Positions 15,957 through 25,441 of a stretch of DNA of 26,421 bases are shown here, piece after piece (the stretch's first letter is position 1; each line of letters starts with the position of its first letter). The stretch covers positions 1 to 26,421 of IMG/VR virus record IMGVR_UViG_3300017912_000153. The stretch is one strand, 5' to 3'. Below the pieces are notes generated by a model that was not told the origin of the DNA, did no database searches, and saw only the letters and a program-made list of their open reading frames with translations. A program made the translations under genes and the position numbers. Source of the DNA: a virus (lineage: Duplodnaviria > Caudoviricetes).

Positions 15957-16534
15957 TGTGTGCTGCTATCCCTGCCCTTGGACTTACAAGTAAATTAGCT
16001 GGTGGTTTGTTCCTTGGTAGTCTTGCTATAGGTGTAGCAAGTACAGTACAAGCACAAAGAGTAGCAAATCAACAGGCTAGTTATGCTTACGAATCTGCAA
16101 GACGTAGTGCGTTATCTGCTGACGCTGCATTTGCAGCACAACAGGAAGCTATCAGTTCAAGATTAGAGGAAGAAAGGGCAGCACAATCACAGAAAAGACT
16201 TGCAGCTTCAATCAAACAAATAGAAGCACAGGGAGCTATTGCAGCAACAGAAGGTATATCAGGTAACTTAGCTGCCTTGTTAGATAGAGATGCACAGAGA
16301 CAAGCAGCTACTTTAAGAGAGACAATAAATCAAACAATGGAATCAGCAGATAGACAATATGAAAGAGATGTAGAAGGTCTTATAGCACAAAGAGAAAGCA
16401 GAAGAAATGAAGCTATTGACTATCAAAACCAAGCATATATGCAAGCACAGAAAGCACCAACGCTGCTAGATACTGTAGCCGAAGCTGCTACATTAGGACT
16501 AAACAGCTACATAGCTTTCAATAGAAGAGGTTAA
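15956..16534 (+). CDS. gp14: Internal virion (ejection) protein B, T7 gp14-like
   Basis: MC start, hydrophobic Gly/Ala N-terminus, Ala/Gln-rich helical body, GISG motif, 192 aa, synteny. Confidence 0.8.
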   Translation: MCAAIPALGLTSKLAGGLFLGSLAIGVASTVQAQRVANQQASYAYESARRSALSADAAFAAQQEAISSRLEEERAAQSQKRLAASIKQIEAQGAIAATEGISGNLAALLDRDAQRQAATLRETINQTMESADRQYERDVEGLIAQRESRRNEAIDYQNQAYMQAQKAPTLLDTVAEAATLGLNSYIAFNRRG

Positions 16535-19531
16535 ATGACTTCAAGCTTTCAGCCACAGGCAAGACCAGTAGATACCTTTGTACGACAAAGTAGGATTGCT
16601 GCTGTCAATACACAAGATGGTTTTGGTCAGCTTGCTAGTGCTTTATCTATCATTAATCCTAGTCTTAGAAAACTAATGGAGAGTGAGATTGATAAACAAA
16701 GAGGTATTATAGGTGCTGAAGCAGAACAGGCAGCTAAAGAAATATACGATCCAACAAGTCCAAACTATGTAAATCTATACAATCAAGCAGTAGATCAGCA
16801 GTTTCCAGAAGAAGCAGAGCTTGATAATACAGAAGAAGAATGGGGTAAGAGACTAGATAATGTTAGTAAAACAGTTAACCCAACAGAAGCACAGATATTA
16901 GCTGGCAGAACTCCTTGGTTTAAACATAACTTTTCTAAAACAAAAGCTACGTTATTAGGACAGTCTTATGCACAACAATTACAAACAAGTTTTCTTACTG
17001 ATACTGGTGTAGATGAAGTATCAGGTGAAACAAGACCAATTTCATCATTTCCATTTACTAACTCTACTTTTCAAAATTGGCTTGCTGGTAAGAGAAGCAC
17101 CTATATAGAAAAGCTAGATGTTAAACCATACTATTTCAATAAATATTTTGTACCAGAGCTAGATAAAGGACATGATGCTATTCATAACTTATCTAATACA
17201 GAATATCCTAAGCAGCTATTTGAAAACTATAAGGTTATAAATAGTGAGAATATGAAAAGTAATATAGCTGACTACTATTTACTTAGACCACAAGGAGCAA
17301 CAGAAGAAGTAGTACAGCAAAACGAAGCTAACCTTAGAGCTAAAATATTAAAGCAGAATACAGAGATAAGAAGATTATTTAAAGGAGAAAACTATAACAA
17401 AATATTAGAACAACAAGTAGATACTCTTATAGATGCTGCCACCTCTATAGCACTAAGCGGAGATGTAGATGGGGCTAGAGCTTTGTTGAATAATATGGCT
17501 GATTATTTTCCAACAAATGATAAAGGTACATCTACACTTACAAGCCACCCTGCATTTACAAAGAAAGCTAATAAGTTTGAAAAGATGCTGCTGACATTAC
17601 AAGAAGAGATAGAAGAAAAAAACGAAAAGCTAGAAGAAAGACAAATGGAAGATGACGGCCTTGCTATTCTTCGTAACCCTGACTCAACAGATGAAGATGT
17701 TGTTGAATACTATAAGCGTTATCCAACAGAAAAAGCAAAAGAGTTTTTGAATAATCAAGTTACTGTTATAAGGCCAGAAAAATATGATGAATATGACGAT
17801 ATAGAAGATAAGGTTTTATTTAATGAATTTAATACAAAAAAAGAAGCTACACGTGCAGCTAGAAGCTGGTATAACAGTTCATTGCAACTACCAAAACAAC
17901 GTCAACAGTTTAAAGATTTAATTAAATTTATAGATGAAAATTTTGATGGAGAACTAACAACTCTTGGTCAAGGTGTCACAATTATTGAAGATGCTATTAA
18001 CGATCAATTTGTACAGTTTGATGGTAAAGAATTTAAAGACGCAGCAGATGGTAGGGCAAGAGATGATTTTCGTATAGATGGTAAAAAACAATTAAAAGAA
18101 TGGTACAAACAAAATCCAGACGCTTCAAAAGACGAACTAATTAATAAGGCTGAAGATATTGCAGAGAAATCAAGAGAGAAAGCAAGAACTTATATTCTTA
18201 GTGTTGAAGGTATAGATATAGAACAATACAACCAAAAGAAAATTAAAGGACAAATATTTTTATTTGAGAGAATTGCAGACAGAATGGAGATGGGTAGTGA
18301 TGGACAAAAACCAACTGTTGATGAACTTGTAGAACAATATCAAGAATATGGAAATATAACTGTTGGAGATGTATTAGATACCTATGCAAAACTTGGAATG
18401 ACACCAAAACATTTTACATTAAATGAAGATCAGCAAGCTTCTTTAGATCAAGCTAGAGAAAAATTTAACGTACCAGCTATACCATTAAATACAAATACAA
18501 ATATAAGTAACTTTGAACCATCAGGTATTTTTGAAGGTATCAATAAGTCAAAACCTAACGACCAATTAAACAAATCAACCAATGAAGATACACCAGCCAG
18601 ACCTGATACTATAACTAACCCTAATGATTTAAAGCTAAGTAAAATCTTTTCAGACATAGTTGTACCACCAGCAAATGCAACAGAAGATGGAACATTGCTT
18701 GCTACAGGAGATGTACCACCACCTATCGGGGCAGGGGAAAACTTTATGAACCGATTTAATATGTATTTACAAACTACTTATGGATTTGATACTAGCAGTT
18801 CTATATACAAAAATATGCCTAACTATATGAAAACAAACTTAATGGGTTCATTCCAAGATGAAGATGCAGCAGAGATAGCAGAAAAAGAGTTAGACCAACC
18901 AACAACTACAACAGGAGAATTTTTACCAAGTCAAGACCTATCTGAAGTACAGTCTGACATGACTCCAAACTTAGGTTTGCGAGATGGCAGTCTTATAGCT
19001 ATGGCTTTACCATTTAAAGGAAAAGAAAATAAAAAACAGGAAGATACCAAAGTAACGATTAGCAAAGAGAATAACGCAGTACAACGTATGGAAACTAATT
19101 TCAAGACAATTTATAAACTAGCTAAAGAAGTTGGTATTAAGTTTCCAGAAGTAGTTGCAGCACAGTTTGGTGTTGAATCAGATCATGGATTACAAGTTAC
19201 TGGTAAGAATAACTACTTTGGTATAAAAGCAACACAAGCAGAAATAGATGCTGGTCAATCAACACTAGCACCTACATTTGAAGAAGTTGATGGTAAGAAA
19301 GTACGAGTGATGGCACACTTTAAAAACTTTGATACTGTCAAGCAATCAATAGAACATTATAAAAAATTCTGGAATGATGACTTCCAAGATAGAAAAGGTA
19401 CTGTAAATGTGGATACTGCTGAAGAAGCAATAATAAGATTAAAAGAAAATGGTTATGCAACAGACTCAGACTACGTTAAGCTAGTGACAGATGTTCTTAA
19501 TGACGCAAGAAGAGAACCTAAGTTATTTTAA
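16535..19531 (+). CDS. gp15: Internal virion (ejection) protein, gp15-like, with C-terminal GH73 glucosaminidase-like domain
   Basis: FQPQARPVDTFV..QLASALS N-terminus typical of this position; from about 19100: PEVVAAQFGVESDHG, GKNNYFGIKA, FKNFDT..SIEHY, GYATDSDY. Confidence 0.8.
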   Translation: MTSSFQPQARPVDTFVRQSRIAAVNTQDGFGQLASALSIINPSLRKLMESEIDKQRGIIGAEAEQAAKEIYDPTSPNYVNLYNQAVDQQFPEEAELDNTEEEWGKRLDNVSKTVNPTEAQILAGRTPWFKHNFSKTKATLLGQSYAQQLQTSFLTDTGVDEVSGETRPISSFPFTNSTFQNWLAGKRSTYIEKLDVKPYYFNKYFVPELDKGHDAIHNLSNTEYPKQLFENYKVINSENMKSNIADYYLLRPQGATEEVVQQNEANLRAKILKQNTEIRRLFKGENYNKILEQQVDTLIDAATSIALSGDVDGARALLNNMADYFPTNDKGTSTLTSHPAFTKKANKFEKMLLTLQEEIEEKNEKLEERQMEDDGLAILRNPDSTDEDVVEYYKRYPTEKAKEFLNNQVTVIRPEKYDEYDDIEDKVLFNEFNTKKEATRAARSWYNSSLQLPKQRQQFKDLIKFIDENFDGELTTLGQGVTIIEDAINDQFVQFDGKEFKDAADGRARDDFRIDGKKQLKEWYKQNPDASKDELINKAEDIAEKSREKARTYILSVEGIDIEQYNQKKIKGQIFLFERIADRMEMGSDGQKPTVDELVEQYQEYGNITVGDVLDTYAKLGMTPKHFTLNEDQQASLDQAREKFNVPAIPLNTNTNISNFEPSGIFEGINKSKPNDQLNKSTNEDTPARPDTITNPNDLKLSKIFSDIVVPPANATEDGTLLATGDVPPPIGAGENFMNRFNMYLQTTYGFDTSSSIYKNMPNYMKTNLMGSFQDEDAAEIAEKELDQPTTTTGEFLPSQDLSEVQSDMTPNLGLRDGSLIAMALPFKGKENKKQEDTKVTISKENNAVQRMETNFKTIYKLAKEVGIKFPEVVAAQFGVESDHGLQVTGKNNYFGIKATQAEIDAGQSTLAPTFEEVDGKKVRVMAHFKNFDTVKQSIEHYKKFWNDDFQDRKGTVNVDTAEEAIIRLKENGYATDSDYVKLVTDVLNDARREPKLF

Positions 19532-19534
19532 ATA

Positions 19535-22500
19535 ATGGACTCAAATCTACAAAACAATCAAATAATTCCAGAAGAAGTAAAACCTGAGATAAATGTAGTC
19601 GAACCAGAACCAACAATAGTAAAAGAAGTAAATACAAAAGCACCAGAAAAAGAAGAATTTAATTTAGTAAAAGAACTAAAAAAACCTCTTATTAATAATG
19701 AACAATTATTTAATAACCTTATTGATAAAACAACTGATGGATCAGGATTAAATAATTTTCTTATAGAGCAAAGAGATGCTTATTTACAACGATTAGAAAA
19801 AGCAAAAGTAAATCAAAAGGCATTAAGGATAGAACAAGAAAAAACAATGTCAGAGAACCCTGCTTCTCTTATATTAAGAGGTCTAATTAATGGTAGGCTG
19901 CAATCTTTTAATGAACTGTTTGAACTTGGAGATGATACATTAAGAACAATTTTAGGTAAAGATTTAAAAGGTAACTTTGATTTAATTGATCTCAAGGAAC
20001 TAGGTACTGAGATTGAAGGAGATCAAGAAAATCCATTTTACTTTATTCCTAAAGCTATAACACAATATGTCGTACCAACAGCTATGTTGCGTAACAGACT
20101 AAAAGTTTTAGGTCTTAAAAGATTTCAAGGTATAGCTGCTGCTGGTATTGTTGATTTTGCTTTAACAGATCCATACGAAGATAATGCTTTTAATTTGTTT
20201 TCAGAAGGTTTAAGTAGTGATATGGTCAACAATATGGTGGAGTATTTAAAATCTACACCAGTAGATACAGCTTTCAAATTAAAGACAGGTGTAGGTGTAG
20301 AAAAATTTGTAGATGCAACTAAAACTGTTTCTGATTTTATGGCAACACCAGATAGGCCAGAGGATAATATAGTTTCAGCCGAAGATAAATATTTACTAAG
20401 AATAAAAAATGGCCTACACGCTTTTTTGTTTGACAGATTTGCAACTACAACTTTAAGAGCAGGGGGAGAAGGTGTAGATGCTGCAAAAAAAATAGCCAAG
20501 AATACAGGTATAGGAGAAAAACTATCTACTACAGCTAAAGATTTAACTGGTTTGTTTGGAAGAAAGTTAGATGATGTAACTGCTTTTATGGTTAACTCTT
20601 TTAAAGATATAAAAAATGATCCAAAAAGAAAAGCAATACTTTTGAAAAGACTGTTGAACTATCAGAAAGCTACAAACTCTGATGTCATAGCTGATGAAAA
20701 AGCTATGAATGAAATGGAGTTTATAAACATTCTTAAGAAGTTTAAGAAAACTGAATTACTAAGAAAGAAACAGAAAACTAAACAAAAAAAATTAGAAAAA
20801 ATTGTAGGTAGTAAAAAACAAAAATCAATCACTCCTCTAGATTCTGATGGAGATATTATTGATCCATTTGGATATAAAAGAACATTCTTTGCTGGTCAAT
20901 TTAAAACACATGGAGATGTTATTGACTTTCTTAATGCAAGAACAAAGCAAATAATAGATGAAGCAAAAGCTGGTGGTGTCAACAAAACAAGGGGAACTGG
21001 TAAACAACCACCAAGAAAAAATACAATAGCTGGCCTTTCAGCCATTGCAGAAGCACAACTTCCTTTTGATACAGTAAATGCTCTATCAGACATTACAGAA
21101 ATTTTATATGAAAAAAATCTACCAGCTACTTTAATTGCAGCAAAACAAATATTGTTTGAAAGCACTCAATCTATAATGAGATATACAGACGCTATAGATG
21201 TAGCTGCTGCAACAGGTAATAAAGATTTAGTAAAAAAACTTTTAACAGAATACAAGCAAGAACAACTAATCAATGACTCATTAATTAATTTAAAAAGACC
21301 TGTCGATAGTATCTTGGGTACAAGTATGAGAATGTTGCAAGAAAAGCCTTTAGTACCAAAAGGTGATAGAGGAAAAGGTATAGACGCTTATCTAAAGTAT
21401 GGAGATAAAGTTAAACAGGTAAGTATAGAAGGTAAAGATGTAGTAAAAGAAGTAGATGAATTTATATCACCTATTACTAAATATAAAGTAGATGACCTTA
21501 TAAAGATGGCAGAAGATGGAGATTTTAAAACTCTTAGACCAATAGTTAGAAAAATTAATATAGCTGCTGCAAATCCAGAAGCTTATCAAAAGTTAGTAAA
21601 GAATGGTTTTAGTCAAGGATTTTGGCAAATCACAAATGAAATATTTATCAATTCAATCTTATCTAGTCCAGTAACACACCAAGTCAATATGCTTGCTACT
21701 GGTCTTAACTCTTTATCAAGACCTTTAACTTTAGCTCTTGGAGCAAAAGATGAAATAACAAGAGGTAGGGCTGTTAAAGAAACTATCTATGCTATACAGG
21801 CTATAAAAGATTCTTTAGCTCTAGCAAAAAAATCTTTTCAGTATGACACAAACATATTAGATAGAGGATCACAAGTAGTTGATTTTGAAAGAATGAGTCT
21901 TGAAGGATCAAATAGATTAATAAGAGGTTTATCAACAATGTATAGATTGCCAAGTAGATTTCTTATGGCAGAAGATGAATTTTTTAAGCAACTAAACTTT
22001 AGAGCTTTTGCTAAAGCAGAGATATGGGAAGAAGGCACAAGAGCAGGGAAAACAGGTGTGCAACTAGAAAAGTTTATGGATAGAAGATTTAAGCAGATAA
22101 CAGATGTTTTGATGAATGAAAGTAAAACAGGTAAATATAGCAAAAAAACTTTAGATTTATATAGACGAGCTAGAGAATTTTCAGCACAATCAACATTTAC
22201 AGAACAACTAGCAGAAGGAAGTCTTACTAAAGGTATGCAAACCATTATTAATCAACACCCATATTTAAGACAGATTTTACCTTTTATAAGAACACCAGCA
22301 AACATACTAAAACAAACTGCACAAATGACACCTTTTCTAAAAGAAATGGGTGAGATACCTATAGCTGGTAATGCTTTAAAAAATATGAAGTGGTATCAAG
22401 AACATATTGCAGAAATGACAAGTGATAATTTAGCAGTAGCAGCCAGAGCTAGAGGTAAAGCAAAACTTGGTGGTGCTTTATGGGCTTCTGCTGGTATGTT

Positions 22501-23728
22501 AGCTGTAAACAATAATAACCCTAATGCACAACTATCTATAACTGGTGGTGGTTCTCCTAACTTTAAGATTAACAAACAGTTGATGGACACAGGTTGGCAG
22601 CCTTATAGTTTTAGATTTTTAATAAGTGAAAAAGAAAGTGAAAAATATTCTAAAACAGGTAAAGCTTATGAAGTAATAAATATAGACCAAGATACAAAAT
22701 ATGTAAGAGGTGCAGATGGCAAACTTAAATATAAATATGTAAGTTATAAAAGACTTGATCCTTGGGCTAACTTCTTATCTTTATCTGCTGATATGGCACA
22801 AGTAAGAGGTTATCTAGATCCAGAAGATGACAGAGGACAGCAGCTTGTAGATGTAGCAAAAGTAGCTTTAGCAAGAAATTTAGTAGAAAAATCTTATTTG
22901 CAAGGTATTACTGAAATAGTGCAGATGTTTGATAGACCTGATGGTTTACAAAGATACTTAGCAAGAAGATTAGCTGCCGTTACAAATCCATATTCTGCTC
23001 TTGGTAGAGATGTAAAAAAAGCTATGAACACATATTCAAGTTTTTCAGATGGCAATATACTTATGGATAAAACAGCGTATGGAGATGAGTCACCTTTATT
23101 TTCAACTAGAAGATATTTAAATGAATTAGCTGCAACAACTCCTTTCTACAATGCTGAACTTAGACCAGAGCAAAACTGGATTACAGGTCAATATAGAACA
23201 TACCCTGTAGGTTTTGGAAAACATAACTGGAACGTATTACTTGATGGCTGGTCAACAGATACACAAACAATAAACGATCCTGTTTTAAGTGTTATTGCAG
23301 ATACTAATAGAGAATTTAAAGCACCAAAGAAAAGCTTATTAGGAGGTGCATATAAGTTAAATACAGATGAATATGCTCAACTTGTATATTTAACAGCATC
23401 AACAGAAATAGGTGGTAAAAGATTGTACGACAAACTATTAGAAGTTATAAATAAACCAAATATGAAAAAAAATATAAAAATTATGAGAGGTGATTTTGTA
23501 ACAGCAGTAAATGAAGAAGTTACTATAAAAGCACAGACAGATGCTAGAAATGAAGTAGTGCAAGAATTAAATAAATTTATGTCTATATATAAAGAAAAAG
23601 CAACAACGATTCTTGAAACAGAATACCTTGATGCACAAAAACAACTAAGGATAAAGACAGTTGAATCTGAAGCTGATAAACTAAAGAGAGGAATTACATT
23701 AGACTCTGTTCCACAAGTACCCTTTTAA
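19535..23728 (+). CDS. gp16: Large internal virion (ejection) protein, gp16-like
   Basis: 1397 aa between gp15 and the tail fibre; FINSILSSP, PSRFLMAEDEFFK, LPFIRTPANI, GWQPYS, YVSYKRLDPW, KSYLQGI motifs. Confidence 0.8.
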   Translation: MDSNLQNNQIIPEEVKPEINVVEPEPTIVKEVNTKAPEKEEFNLVKELKKPLINNEQLFNNLIDKTTDGSGLNNFLIEQRDAYLQRLEKAKVNQKALRIEQEKTMSENPASLILRGLINGRLQSFNELFELGDDTLRTILGKDLKGNFDLIDLKELGTEIEGDQENPFYFIPKAITQYVVPTAMLRNRLKVLGLKRFQGIAAAGIVDFALTDPYEDNAFNLFSEGLSSDMVNNMVEYLKSTPVDTAFKLKTGVGVEKFVDATKTVSDFMATPDRPEDNIVSAEDKYLLRIKNGLHAFLFDRFATTTLRAGGEGVDAAKKIAKNTGIGEKLSTTAKDLTGLFGRKLDDVTAFMVNSFKDIKNDPKRKAILLKRLLNYQKATNSDVIADEKAMNEMEFINILKKFKKTELLRKKQKTKQKKLEKIVGSKKQKSITPLDSDGDIIDPFGYKRTFFAGQFKTHGDVIDFLNARTKQIIDEAKAGGVNKTRGTGKQPPRKNTIAGLSAIAEAQLPFDTVNALSDITEILYEKNLPATLIAAKQILFESTQSIMRYTDAIDVAAATGNKDLVKKLLTEYKQEQLINDSLINLKRPVDSILGTSMRMLQEKPLVPKGDRGKGIDAYLKYGDKVKQVSIEGKDVVKEVDEFISPITKYKVDDLIKMAEDGDFKTLRPIVRKINIAAANPEAYQKLVKNGFSQGFWQITNEIFINSILSSPVTHQVNMLATGLNSLSRPLTLALGAKDEITRGRAVKETIYAIQAIKDSLALAKKSFQYDTNILDRGSQVVDFERMSLEGSNRLIRGLSTMYRLPSRFLMAEDEFFKQLNFRAFAKAEIWEEGTRAGKTGVQLEKFMDRRFKQITDVLMNESKTGKYSKKTLDLYRRAREFSAQSTFTEQLAEGSLTKGMQTIINQHPYLRQILPFIRTPANILKQTAQMTPFLKEMGEIPIAGNALKNMKWYQEHIAEMTSDNLAVAARARGKAKLGGALWASAGMLAVNNNNPNAQLSITGGGSPNFKINKQLMDTGWQPYSFRFLISEKESEKYSKTGKAYEVINIDQDTKYVRGADGKLKYKYVSYKRLDPWANFLSLSADMAQVRGYLDPEDDRGQQLVDVAKVALARNLVEKSYLQGITEIVQMFDRPDGLQRYLARRLAAVTNPYSALGRDVKKAMNTYSSFSDGNILMDKTAYGDESPLFSTRRYLNELAATTPFYNAELRPEQNWITGQYRTYPVGFGKHNWNVLLDGWSTDTQTINDPVLSVIADTNREFKAPKKSLLGGAYKLNTDEYAQLVYLTASTEIGGKRLYDKLLEVINKPNMKKNIKIMRGDFVTAVNEEVTIKAQTDARNEVVQELNKFMSIYKEKATTILETEYLDAQKQLRIKTVESEADKLKRGITLDSVPQVPF

Positions 23729-23731
23729 ATC

Positions 23732-25438
23732 ATGGCTACTAATACAGCAGCTTCGTCAACTACCCATACAGGTAATGGAAGCACCGCAGCATTTTCAATA
23801 TCCTTTAGTTACATATCAACTGCTGAGATAGATGTTACTGTAGATGGCACTTTAAAAACACTTGGCACTCACTACACAATTAGCGGAGCAACACTTACTT
23901 TTACAAGTGGCAATATCCCTGCTAATGGTGCTGCTATTAAGTTTCAAAGAGATACAGATATTAGTGCAAAGAAAGTAGATTTTGAAGATGGTAGTGTTTT
24001 AACAGAGTTTGATTTAGATACAAATAGCGATCAGGTATTATTTGCTCAACAGGAGATTATTGATAAGTTAGGAACTATTGAAGAAAATGCAACAGGAGAT
24101 CAAACCGCAGCAGAGATTAGAACATTAGTAGAGAGTGCAACAGATAGTAATGTCTTTACTGACGCAGATCATACAAAACTAAATGGTATAGAAACTGCTG
24201 CTACAGCAGACCAGACCGCTAGTGAAATAAGAACTCTTGTTGAAAGTGCCAGTGATAGCAACGTGTTTACTGATGCTGACCATACTAAATTAAATGGTAT
24301 TGAAGCAAGTGCAACAGCAGACCAAACTGCTGCTGAGATAAGAACACTTGTAGAGTCAGCAACAGACTCTAATGTTTTTACAGACGCAGACCATAGCAAA
24401 CTAAACGCTATTGAAGCAGGTGCTACAACAGATCAGACTGCTAGTGAGATAAGGGCATTAGTCGAATCGGCTTCTGACAGTAACGTATTTACAGATGCGG
24501 ATCATAGTAAATTAAATGCAATAGAAGCAAATGCTGATGTAACAGATGCCACTAATGTAGATGCTGCTGGTGCTGTTATGAACAGCGATCTTGATACTAA
24601 AGGTGAAATACTTGTAGGTGATGGTTCTGGTGACCCTACAGCCCTTTCTGTTGGCCAGAATGGATATATTTTAACTGCTGACAGTTCAGAAGCTACAGGT
24701 GTTAAATGGGCTGCTAATGCAGGTGGTGGCGGCGGTGGTGCTATCGGTAACGTAGTAGAAGATACTACTCCACAATTAGGTGGTAACTTAGATGTTCAAG
24801 CAAATGAGATTAATACAAGCACAACTAATGGCAATATAAAACTAAATCCAAACGGTACTGGTTTTGTAGAAATTAAAGGTGATGGTAGTAGTGCTGATGG
24901 AACATTACAACTCAACTGTTCACAAAATAGTCATGGTGTAAAAATAAAATCACCAGCCCATAGTGCAGGTGCAAGCTATACATTAACTTTGCCTGTCAAT
25001 GTTGTTAATGGTCAGTTTTTAAAAACAGATACAAATGGAGTTTTAAGTTGGGCTGCTGTTGATTTAACTGCTTTAAGTGCATCTAATTTAACTTCTGGAA
25101 CTGTACCTGATGCTAGGTTCCCTGCAACTTTACCAGCAGCGTCAGCAGCTAACCTTACGTCTATACCAGCAGGTAATTTAACAGGAACAGTAGCAGATGC
25201 AAGGATTTCTACACTTACAGCATCTAAACTTACTGGTGCATTACCAGCTATTGATGGATCAGCATTAACAGGTGTTGCGTCAACTACAGGTGGTGGTGCT
25301 ATCTACGAGAATAGTGCTACTATTAGTGCATCAAGAACAATCCCATCAGGGTCGAATGGTATGAGTGCTGGTCCTATTGCAGTAGCAAGCGGAATTACTT
25401 TAACTGTCAGTTCTGGCAGCGTCTATACAGTGGTTTAA
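23732..25438 (+). CDS. gp17: Tail fibre protein (T7 gp17-like N-terminal adaptor) with internal repeats
   Basis: GNGSTAAFSISFSY...RDTD...VDFEDGSVLTEFDLD..Q..FAQQE adaptor domain, 37-aa repeats, poly-Gly hinge, DTTPQLGGNLD, LTLP, LKTDTNGVLSW. Confidence 0.92.
   Translation: MATNTAASSTTHTGNGSTAAFSISFSYISTAEIDVTVDGTLKTLGTHYTISGATLTFTSGNIPANGAAIKFQRDTDISAKKVDFEDGSVLTEFDLDTNSDQVLFAQQEIIDKLGTIEENATGDQTAAEIRTLVESATDSNVFTDADHTKLNGIETAATADQTASEIRTLVESASDSNVFTDADHTKLNGIEASATADQTAAEIRTLVESATDSNVFTDADHSKLNAIEAGATTDQTASEIRALVESASDSNVFTDADHSKLNAIEANADVTDATNVDAAGAVMNSDLDTKGEILVGDGSGDPTALSVGQNGYILTADSSEATGVKWAANAGGGGGGAIGNVVEDTTPQLGGNLDVQANEINTSTTNGNIKLNPNGTGFVEIKGDGSSADGTLQLNCSQNSHGVKIKSPAHSAGASYTLTLPVNVVNGQFLKTDTNGVLSWAAVDLTALSASNLTSGTVPDARFPATLPAASAANLTSIPAGNLTGTVADARISTLTASKLTGALPAIDGSALTGVASTTGGGAIYENSATISASRTIPSGSNGMSAGPIAVASGITLTVSSGSVYTVV
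24065..24538 (+). repeat. About 4.3 tandem 111-bp (37-aa) coding repeats in the tail fibre
   Basis: DQTA(A/S)EIR(T/A)LVESA(T/S)DSNVFTDADH(T/S)KLN(G/A)IE units; DQ codons at 24098, 24209, 24320, 24431. Confidence 0.95.
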
Positions 25439-25441
25439 ATT

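Noticed and set aside
24065-24538. CRISPR array or diversity-generating retroelement template
   Set aside because: The repeats are contiguous, in-frame and differ mainly at synonymous positions, with no spacers, no adenine-specific pattern and no reverse transcriptase in the window.
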